A stretch of 63,266 bases of DNA, counting the filler, from Collodictyon triciliatum (Eukaryota), in NCBI GenBank assembly GCA_043381765.1. It is 21 parts of 21 records of this genome, joined end to end, with 100 filler letters (N's around TTAATTAATTAA, not from the genome) between each part and the next. Parts side by side here need not be neighbours in the genome. Positions count along the whole stretch, not along the records: positions 53,132 to 56,061 come from JBHJMP010008057.1; positions 56,162 to 59,091 come from JBHJMP010008060.1; positions 59,192 to 62,120 come from JBHJMP010008061.1; positions 62,221 to 63,266 come from JBHJMP010008207.1; 17 more parts are not named here. One strand, 5' to 3'. The stretch's first letter is position 1. Each line of letters opens with the position of its first letter. Of this stretch, positions 53,267 to 63,266 are shown piece after piece. The notes beneath the pieces were generated by a model, which worked only from the letters and a program-made list of their open reading frames with translations, searched no databases and was not told the origin of the DNA. The position numbers and the translations under genes are program-made.

Positions 53267-55654
53267 GGGAAAACTGATTTTTTAACAATGGATCACATTG
53301 CTGGTGCTGAGCCGCTAATTCAATCCCAGGATGTATGTTTTCACCTTATATGACGTATATATTAACATATTTGTCTGATTTATGTATGGCTTTACATACA
53401 GTCTGCATCTCTCGTGGCAACATTCTCCAAATTCGATATTGATATCGCTGGTATATATTGGAACAAATGATATCCTATCTTTTAATGTTTTTTAAGCCTA
53501 TCTTTTCATGGTAATGAACGACCATCAGCCCCAAAATAGCTATTCAAGTTTTCCATTCAGTCAAATATATTCTTAAATGTAAAGATATGGTTATCATATA
53601 GGGAAAAAACAGTTCAATATTACTTTCTTTGTCAACGTCCACCATTTCAAGTCTGAACACGACCCAAGCCCCGATGTATTTATTCAATTATGCTTTCAAA
53701 TTGAGACTTCATTTCTCATGATGATACTGGTATTTAACTGCTTTAAACGACAGATTTTCCGCCTAAGCATCTCCTCAAATACATACAGCAATACAGTACA
53801 CCAAGACCAGTGGTGTCTGGAGGCCGGTCGATTAATCTTAAAATCTGTTTTTGATTCATCAAAGGTTTAGAAAATATAGCATGCCTATTTTTAACCGGGT
53901 AGACCCTAAAATTATAAAAGGTTTCTTATTCCTTGTCAGGTAATTTGTTAAATCATCTGATAGGATTCTGTCCCATGGCCATATTTCTGCAACCGCCTCC
54001 AACTTCACTTTTTGAAGGAATCTCGACAAGTACCCAATCACGAATTATAACCATCATTCAATAACCAACCAGTAATTCATTTCTTTTCAACCTTGTGCGT
54101 GGATTTCAAAACTATATGTATATATCCTCTTTTTATTATCTACATATTCACTTCAGAATCTGAGTGCAAAGGAGGGAAGGCGAGCTTTAACATTGCAAGA
54201 CCTTCGTTATCTTAAGAAATTCCAACGTACTTTTTTTTTCTTTCACTCTTGTCATTTTTCTGTTTTTGTTTATGTGACCCATAATATTGCTATTGTGTTA
54301 TAAAATTTACTTATCGTATTCTAGATGAGCGTAGAAATGAGATGCACATCAACAGCTTTTGGGGTGCCCTAAGAAGTCAACAAGCAGCGTAATTGCCTAC
54401 CATCATAATCGCCTCTTTATTGTTTTTTTTTTAAAAAAAAATAACAATAATAAAATAACATCGACGCTTTCAAACGCTATCTATCTATCAACCTGAAAAA
54501 TTTACTCTTTTTGATCCATACTAAACAGTAGAAGAAATGTATGCATGTGTTTATATCCACTCAGTACCATGTATCTGCTTGTATATATTTATGTATATGC
54601 GGTCACCAGTATTAATACAACATTTATTATAACCTGCGCTAAATTGCGATCGGCTAGGCCTCATTCCTTTTGGCACTGGTTCGGGTCCATTCTGGCATCC
54701 TTGCGCTTTAAAAAGTCAGTCATCCACATGTGGAGCAAAGGGTATGCTGCGAAACTATCATATCAGTGTCAATAGGCCAGATATGGTCATTTTCACGTTG
54801 TTTTTTATTTTTATTTTTCTTCATTATTCTTCGCCTTTTGAGGATATTTTAAAAGTCACCAACCTTTACTGAAAATTTTCAATCCACTCAACTTGTTTAG
54901 GTACATTCTCGGATTCTGCAAGAAGGATGAGGCAGAGTCTCTTCTTCGTAGCGGGGAAGGGACATACGCAAACCCTGGGACATTTCTGGTGCGCTTCAGC
55001 GAGTCGAATCCTGGGCTCTTCGCCTGTGTATTTGTTGCATATCCGGACAGGTGAGACATATGTGCTTTTTTTTTCCTCTTACTCAGCTTGTATTTGTTTT
55101 TACTTGTTTTTACATGTGTGCTAAGTCCCGAATAGTAAATAATGGCAAGTAACTGTACTTCCTGTAAAGTTTTGTAGGATTATTCACATCACCAACTCAT
55201 CCTTATTTATATAATCCTTGGCAATACAAACCAGCAAAATAGTGAAAGATGAGCAAGAAAGATCATCGAGAGCTGTCAATTTATGCAAGCACATTGTCAT
55301 TGAAGACAGGTATATGACCCTTGTTCAATAGATAGATGAGACAGATGAGGTAGATAAACACACGATAGAAAAAAAATGACATTGGGTGTACAAACAAAAC
55401 GCAAAACTTTAGCAGAAACAAATGAATTCAATTAGTGTTACATCATCAACGTTGATAAAGATCTGGAGGGGAATATTGTTATGCATATGACCATACACCA
55501 CACTCATAGTTAAAATTATCGTTTCATCTACAGTGACCTGAACCAAAACACAAGTCTGGCAGACTATCTCGTCTCGAATCAACCTCTAGAGCTTCTTCTA
55601 CATCTGGATTCAGACTCAAACATCTACACCAGCAACGCAGAAGATGTCCTTCAG
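53267..55654 (+). CDS. Dictyostelium-type STAT transcription factor (end of DNA-binding domain, linker, SH2), partial
   Basis: Spliced peptide VHQDQWCLEAGRLILKSVF..|DSVPWPYFCNRLQLHFLKESRQ|..RRALTLQDLRYL..SFWHWFGSILASLRFKKSVIHMWSKG|YILGFCKKDEAESLL...PGTFLVRFSESNPGLFACVFV...KHIVI...SLADYL. Confidence 0.88.
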
Positions 55655-56579
55655 GTAACAACCCATCAACACTTTATTCTCACCTCTTCGATGACTCGTC
55701 ACTAACTAAGCATGCTTTCTCTGGCACATCAGGCATATCTCTCCAAACGAAAGCCATACCGCGTGCAAGGCGAAATCTACCTAAACTCTCGTGCAAGATA
55801 AGAGATGGCATCACGCTCTGCCCTATAATAACGAATATATCCAAATATGGAATAATCGGTTCCCAATATTGGCTCCATATTCCATAAATAGCCAAAGACT
55901 AGGCGCGATATATAAAGGGCAGGTGGCCAGAATCTTCTAGTTCCTTCTGGGAATTCCCAACCTTCCACCAGGATTTTCTTGTATTTCCACATCAGGTACA
56001 TTTCACCCCATCTTCGCCTTTCCGGTTTAGCCGAAAAAACCAAACGACACACTTTCGCGTGNNNNNNNNNNNNNNNNNNNNNNNNNNNNNNNNNNNNNNN
56101 NNNNNTTAATTAATTAANNNNNNNNNNNNNNNNNNNNNNNNNNNNNNNNNNNNNNNNNNNNGGTTTGAAAAAACCAAATGACGAATTCTATCCACATTAG
56201 CATAAAGGATTTTATATGAAAATTGTACATAAATGGAAATTAATTCAAAAGAATTATACAAATGTGGGATATATATCATACCAACTTTCTAACCGCTTGG
56301 ATACAGTATTAATTTCATACAGATGATGCAATGAATGTACTTACACAATTTACACCGATTCAATAATTCTCAGTATAAGCAGACAAAACCCAAGAGCTTA
56401 AGTGGGTGTGTGGCAGACGAATTATATCGCCTGCGTCGACCTTCTCTTTTCGGCAATTCGTTTCTCTGTTATTGTGATAATGCAAACTCTATGGCGAATA
56501 ATATGCTGAACATTCTCCAAATGCATACACACACACCAAAGAAAAAAACTCAATAAACAAACCCTTAAACCCCACCCAC

Positions 56580-58835
56580 GCACACAGAATCTGCAGCCAC
56601 GCCCACCCTCCGGTCCGACGGCTCGGTGCTATCCTCTGCTTCTGCTTCGATTGTCTGTACCGCCTCAGAATGCGCTGCTGTTGTGCGACTTAACACGTCC
56701 TTCCCAATCGGTAGGTGCAGTGGCCTTTTCCTTTTCCTTTTCCTTTTCCTTGTCGTTTAATTCAATATTCTTTTTATTTTTCTTTTTAATTCAATTTTCC
56801 TTTTATTATTTGTTCGTCGTAATCTCATGACTAATATTCTTGTAGTCCGTTTGCCCTTCTAATCAGTTTAATCATGCTTCTGCATTGATATCTGAATTAC
56901 ATGAAATTATTCATATTTATGCTTTCCCCTCTGCATGTCGATCAATCTCGTCAATAAAATACAATATTAAGAGGTTTCATACTGTTGTTGTGATTAATAC
57001 CGAATCGCTCATACGTATGCAATCTTAGCCGGTTACTTTACTAAGTGCGCATCAACGCTCAGCCGACGCTTTATGCTTCAATTTGGCTCCATATATTTTT
57101 GGATTCAGGAATCGATAATCCCGTTAGGAAAGATCAACAATGTATAAACCAGTATATATGATCAATTATCTACAATTTATGATTAAGTATCTGTAATTCG
57201 AACGTTTATTCATAGAAGTTTTCTTCTTCTTTTTGGATTATGATTAGTTGTTTCAAATGTGTACCATTTCAAAGGACGTAATGCTGCTTTGGGATATACT
57301 CTGAACCCCATACACACGTTTGTTATGCTTAATTATGTTATGTTATCTTATGAGCATTTTCCTATTTTCTTTTGTTAATTTAGAGTTTTTTTTTCATAGA
57401 AAACACAGTATCATCCAACAATTTGATTTCTTTTTTATCATTATTATTGTTTTTGTTTTATTGTTTACAAAGTTGATACACAATTGCATACCATTTCATG
57501 GGACTATGTTGATGCATCCTTCATAACATTCGACCCAACCGGAACCTTTGTCGGACTGGCCGCTGATAATAAGTTTGACATCTTTCAAGTTTCGGTAGAC
57601 CTTTCCTGTAATTTTTTTTAAAAAAAAATTGACTGTTTATCCGCCAGAAAATTCTTTTTTATTGGTATTGAATTCCTTGTTATATGTTTCTTATTTCAAA
57701 ACTCAGGGAGTGAAAAGTGTTTATCTGTCTATATCTTGCTACAAATCAATCTGATTCATATTTTTAGACAAACAAGCCTATTATCTCTCTCGAAAATCAT
57801 GAACAAAGAATCACACGTGCTGTGTTTGGCGGCAAAAAGGACGAGTTTCTAGTGACCTGCAGCGAAGATAGAAGCTTCAAAGTATGGAATCTCCTTCAGA
57901 AACAGCTTGTTTACCAAAGTGGTATTCTGTCCACATCGCCGTTGTTGTCCTTGGCTATTGACCCAGACAATGAGCGATTTGTGGTGGGCTCGGTTGACGG
58001 AAAGGTTTCATATATACACTGAGTTCTTCTGTTTGTTCTGTTATTCTTCTTTCAGACTTGATTAATAATAGTAATAGTAATCATAATAATAATAATCCTC
58101 TTTCAATCCCCGTTCATAACCTCTTTTATGCTTCATACTTCTCTCTCTTTGGGGGAAATATCAATCAACTTAACCACAATCATGCTACAGAATACAATTT
58201 AGCAATATTCAAGTAGTTGGTATGGAGAATTCATAATGAAGGACTTTCATTTTGTGCATCTAGCTCATATTCTACAAGCTAGACCCCAGCGATGGTCATG
58301 GAGGTCGCTGTCTCCGTGGATTGAACTTACATGCATGGTTTTCAGCCGGGCTTTCCAAATAATTGGATGGTCAAGCGGACTCTGGGCCTGTCGTGATATC
58401 GAGCGTTCCTCCCTGGAAACAAATGGCAGAATCAATTCCTGCAGAGGAAGACATATTTCCCCAAAACCCGAGGTGGACTTTCCCATTCTTTCCCTTCATT
58501 TCCTTCCTGTCTCTGCAGACCAAAGACCACACCATAACGGCGAAGACGAAAGTATATTTGCTGTTGACCAGACTTTGTAATGTTCATATATGTGTGTATG
58601 TTCATATTTGAACTGGTCACAAATTCGCTATACGCATGAATGTTGTGTTCATTATTCCATCAAAATGCCACTTTCTTTCTCGTCTCTTTTTTTTTTAATG
58701 GAGTTTACTTCATCTTCCGCTCTAATGTATCTTCTTTTATTTTCAGACAATCAGACTTGACCATACTTGGAAACTAAAAAGCTGGTTGGAACAACCGTTG
58801 GTCTTGTCTAAGTTGATTCTCAAACACATGAGCCA
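56580..58835 (+). pseudogene. WDR27: WDR27-like WD40 gene, copy A (N-terminal half), damaged
   Basis: LLSAHQRSADALCF; LENHEQRITRAVF...LVTCSEDRSFKVWNL..LVYQSGILSTSPLLSLAID...VVGSVDGK; VISSVPPW; FPILSL. In-frame TAA at 58360-58362 and 58809-58811, plus a frameshift near 58460. Confidence 0.8.
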
Positions 58836-59217
58836 GTATGTGTACTGAATTTTTTTTCGTTTCTTTGGGAACATATGCTTAATGCCCATAGTATATTTTA
58901 TTTTTTCTTTAAATAAAAAGCAAAAGAAGGAAGGACGGACCTCCTCAAACTTTATTGGTTGTTTACAAGGTGACCATGAAGCTTCTAATTCTCCTTTTCT
59001 TTCCTTTTCTTTCCTTTTCTTTCCTTTTCTTTCCTTTTCTTTCCTTTTCTTTCCTTTTCTTTCCTTTTCTTTCCTTTTCTTTCCTTTTCTTNNNNNNNNN
59101 NNNNNNNNNNNNNNNNNNNNNNNNNNNNNNNNNNNTTAATTAATTAANNNNNNNNNNNNNNNNNNNNNNNNNNNNNNNNNNNNNNNNNNNNAAAAAAAAA
59201 AAAAAAAAAAAAAAATA

Positions 59218-59268
<51 letters not shown>

Positions 59269-59321
59269 AAAAAGAGGAGAGACATACTTATTTTTGATGA
59301 AAATAAACCTAATATATGTAG

Positions 59322-59700
59322 TCCACTGTACCTGCCTTTACGGTCCTTATACAAGTATTCGTTATGGGGCATCACTTCAAACGAGACATATACATATCTT
59401 TGATTCCAATTATCGGAGGTATATCCAAATAAACCAACCTTTCAATTCAAATGATGCATTTTTAATGTTTCTTAAAAAAAATCTAGAGGAAAACAAAACG
59501 ATTTAACACTCTTTGTATGCATAATTTCGTAAATTACAGGAGTAGTTTTTGCTTCAACAAACGAAGTAAATTTTGACTCGACAGGATTCACATGCGCACT
59601 ATTGGCTTCATTCACGACTGGTAATTTATTTTCATTTTTGCCTTTATCAGGATTTTTTTCATCAAAATCAGTGTCTCTATTATTATTATTATTATTATTA

Positions 59701-59753
<53 letters not shown>

Positions 59754-60690
59754 TGATTGTGCAAACCATATACAACCATTAAAATCTGACTCATCACCGA
59801 GGTATTGCTATATTTTATTTGCATACTGATTACATAATGTATATTAATATCAAATCATCTACAGCGGCACAAACAGCAGTATCTAGTAAATTGTTGACGA
59901 CCAGATTAGATGCCGTCAATCTATTATATTACCTCGGACCAATATCATGTTCATTACTGATACCATTTTCCATATTCTTCGACTATTCCAAAATTATCAC
60001 CACATGGACATTTTATGGGGACCACTCATCAAATATGGCACTGCTGATGAGTGGAGTTGTGGCATTCTTACTGAGTGCGTGACCACTCACCAAATATTTC
60101 AAGATATCGAACTTTTAAACAAATGATTTCTATTTATTAATGAATAGAAATAAAGCCTTTTAATTATTTTACAATCATTTGCTATTTTCTTTAGATTAAT
60201 GCTGCAAAAACAAGAAAGCAAAGAAAGCAAAGAAAGCAAAGAAAGCAAAGAAAGTGAAAGATTGCTCAATTAATCCATGTATTATTTTTTTTTTAAAAAA
60301 AACAAATTAATTAGATTGGTCATCATTTATTGCCATCAAAAACACTTCGGCGCTGACATTCAATGTCGCAGGAAATTTCAAAAGCATCATTAATATAATT
60401 CTTTCTGTCTTAGTTTTTCAAAATCAGGTAAAAGTCTTGGTTTTTCATTTTTTCTTTTATTTTTTATGATGTGCATATGGAGCAATAAGTTAAACGTTTG
60501 GTATTATAATTGAACACTTAATTATTTTTTAAAAGTATTATACCAACAACAGATTCCTATCCTTAACATGCTTGGGTGCTCCATAGCTCTTGGGGGTGTT
60601 GCGTGGTATAATTACATATGCTTACAAGGACAATTCTCGATGGATTCATCGACAACTAAAAAAACTGATAGCACCGTCACCCGTGTTTAA
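59322..60690 (+). CDS. Triose-phosphate / nucleotide-sugar transporter (TPT/SLC35E family), 3' part
   Basis: VPAFTVLI...SLIPIIG|GVVFASTNEVNFDSTGF..|LDAVNLLYYLGP...|WSSFIAIKNTSALTFNVAGNFK...GCSIALGGVAWYN. Confidence 0.92.
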
Positions 60691-61804
60691 AAATAAATCG
60701 ATCAAGTATTGACTTCACGTTCCATTAACAAAAAGTGAGAAATCAAGAGAAACTACATCATGAACGATTAGGGCATTATATAATCTTTGTCATCGCATAA
60801 ATATTAAATATACTTAGCAGTATCTTTCATTCATTTGATCTGGGAGTTAATACTTCTTTCTATCAAGCTCAGTTTACATGTATCGAAAAATAACAACCAA
60901 CACTCATATTTAATTTTTTAATTTAAAAAAAACAAACACACACACCCAATGTGCTGTCCTCTGCCCCATCCCATGATTTTCCCGACAAGTTTCGAGTTCA
61001 TCTCTTCCATCTATTCAAAAAAAAAACCCCATCGGTTGTTATTTTCATAAATATCAGGACTCATCAACGCCACATTATTAAACACGTAAGCAAACAACTA
61101 CGGTACAAATAAAAATTATTGGAATTAGAGCACTGCGTTCAAAGCTTAATCGATCAAGCACGCAGTGAACCAAAGAAATCCCCGTCAGGCAGCTCGGATG
61201 AGAAAGTCGTTTGAGTTTTGTATTTATGATAGCTTTGGAACATAAGCCGCCCCACAGGAAAGGCATAAACGCCGTGAACGAGTGATTAAGGACAAGCGTA
61301 AAGTATCGTAATAAGTAAGAGGAAGAGATAGTTGGTCGGTCATCCGTATCTGTCTGCCCTTTCGAATAGATATAGCACAGAAGCAAAAGCATCACCAAGA
61401 AGATGGCAGATCCATCGAAGCTCCGTCGCGCCCTATTTTTTTTGGTTTGTTTTAACCACAAATGATGATTTATCAGATTGATCAAATTTGATAGACTTGA
61501 AGGCGATGAACCATTCCAATCACTGATGAATCACACAACTGGTGGTAATAACACACACCTAGCAAACGAAAGCATCCATCTTCTTTCCTTCATCCCTTCA
61601 TCCCTTTATCCCTTTATCCCTTTATTCCTTTATCCCTTTATCCCTTTATCCCTTTATCCCTTTTCCCTTTTCCCTTTTCCCTTTTCCCTTTTCCCTTTTC
61701 CCTTTTCCCTTTTCCTTTTTCCCTTTTCCCTTTTCCCTTTTCCCTTTTCCCTTTTCTCTTTTCCCTTTTTCCCTTTTTATTTATAGCGCATCACAGATTC
61801 GATA

Positions 61805-61966
61805 ATGTCACTGTTTGGACTTCTGCGCCAGCCTTTCACCCGGGTCGGAGCTTCTGCACAAAGCGTAACTTTCACTCCTCTTGGACCCGAGTTTGTCCGT
61901 TTTGCTACAAACCGATCCGCTGGTGTTACCCGTAACGGACGCGATTCGAACCCAAAATACCTCGGG
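61805..61966 (+). CDS. MRPL27: Mitochondrial ribosomal protein bL27m, first exon
   Basis: Presequence-like N-terminus, then RFATNRSAGVTRNGRDSNPKYLG and a gtatgg donor. Confidence 0.9.
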
Positions 61967-63161
61967 GTATGGTTACGTGCACTTATGTTCGTTCCCTTGA
62001 GTCTTTCCCCTTTCCGATGAAAAAGAAAAAGAAAAAGAAAAAGAAAAAGAAAAAGAAAAAGAAAAAGAAAAAGAAAAAGAAAAAGAAAAAGAAAAAGAAA
62101 AGAAAAAGAAAAGAAAAAGANNNNNNNNNNNNNNNNNNNNNNNNNNNNNNNNNNNNNNNNNNNNTTAATTAATTAANNNNNNNNNNNNNNNNNNNNNNNN
62201 NNNNNNNNNNNNNNNNNNNNAGCGCCCACCAAAGATAGTCCGTTTATCCTGCCCCAGCCCGTCGCACCGAGAACCAAGGAGCAAGAGCAAACAGCACAAG
62301 TCGAATCCAAGCTTGATACTCCACGCACGAATACAGTCCGAGCAAGCAGAAGCGTATGTTTCTAAAACCACAAGTGCGTATCCATACTCCGGTTAAGCAA
62401 AGTCCACTGCCGGCTACGCACAGTCCCGATGCCAGGGGAACGGTCAAGCGCCACTTCCGATAATTCCAGACAAACAACGATGTATCGCTTTTTTCTCAGA
62501 GTCGCCCAGCAAGAAACGCAAGGAAAGTGACAAATTGCTTCTTTCGAACTAATCTATATTCTTTTTTTATATTGCAGAAAAGGCAACCTTGCTATTTATA
62601 TGTAATCTGCGATCACTGGGTTGATGTCTTCGCTTGTGTTTGCATCACGCGTCGTGTATGTCATGGACTGGCTTACAGCCGTCTTGTTGTGCATGTTCTT
62701 CGGTAGTCTAATCAATTCCTAGATAGAAGGATACTAAGTTCAGAAGATATGATTTAATAAAACAAAGATAATGTGAAATTTATAAGGGCATTCAAAGACA
62801 ACACAGTTTAGATTGATTTTAAGTAGTCTGGTGGCAAACTCATAATCCCTGCTCAGATAGCTGATAAGCTAGCAGTGCTCCCTTCGGTGGTATTGTAGTT
62901 GCACATGGCACTTATCAGATCAACGTGAATTAAGAAAAAGCATCCGATTTACCTGAGCCCTTTCGATCATGGCTTGTTGGCTGTGGAAATAGCGCACATG
63001 GAGGAGGAGAGGGACAACGAATCTCAGAGTAGCCGACTCGCTAACATCCTTTTTCGAGTCTGTAAGCCACACTTTACCATTTTCAGAGACACGGAAACTA
63101 GTATGTAGTAGAGCGACATAAGTTGTAATTAAATCTAAATTGCTCTCAGAAAGGGAATTGA

Positions 63162-63164
<3 letters not shown>

Positions 63165-63232
<68 letters not shown>
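63165..63232. repeat. (GA)n microsatellite
   Basis: Direct reading. Confidence 0.95.
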
Positions 63233-63237
<5 letters not shown>

Positions 63238-63266
63238 CGTGATATTGGAGTGGGGAGTGGTGGGTG

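Noticed and set aside
58360-58811. TAA/TAG reassigned to Gln (ciliate-type code), or TGA recoding at 26186
   Set aside because: ProB, the porin and the TPT gene end at TAA at the expected positions, intact genes show no internal stops, and the WDR27 copies also carry a frameshift or splice lesion, so pseudogenisation is simpler.
61140-61445. RNase MRP/P or other structured RNA upstream of MRPL27
   Set aside because: GAAATCCCC and GAGAA resemble MRP motifs, but no complementary P4 partner was found downstream; insufficient support.
61600-61775. Telomeric repeat
   Set aside because: The (TCCCTTTA)/(TCCCTTT) tract is an internal pyrimidine microsatellite just upstream of MRPL27 and does not match TTAGGG or TTTAGGG.

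Overview
This window is not one locus. It is about 21 unrelated short contigs (mostly ~2.9 kb) joined by an artificial 100-nt spacer (44N-TTAATTAATTAA-44N), so adjacency across spacers means nothing. Most contigs come from an AT-rich, intron-rich, microsatellite-rich protist; a Dictyostelium-type STAT plus a minor-spliceosome intron hint at an amoebozoan-like lineage (inference only). Recognisable partial genes: pantothenate kinase, Sec31, HECT E3 ligase, Atg13, PAF-acetylhydrolase-like hydrolase, SETD6-like methyltransferase, BAR-domain protein, SDR, glutamate 5-kinase, TMC-like channel, VDAC/Tom40-family porin, STAT, TPT/SLC35E transporter, mitochondrial bL27, and two damaged WDR27 copies. 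Most notable: (1) a decayed full-length Fanzor1 (eukaryotic TnpB-like RNA-guided nuclease) with a candidate omegaRNA region; (2) a signal-peptide-bearing WD40 propeller with HET-E-like hypervariable positions on a Cys-rich/(SQ)n stalk; (3) an LRR gene built from a repeating four-exon cassette with one LRR per 69-nt exon; (4) seven ultra-short poly(A) retro-insertions with target-site duplications; (5) an intronless bacterial-type NRPS contig missed by the ORF track; (6) a U12 AT-AC intron in Sec31. All family calls come from manual translation and motif recognition; no database search was run.
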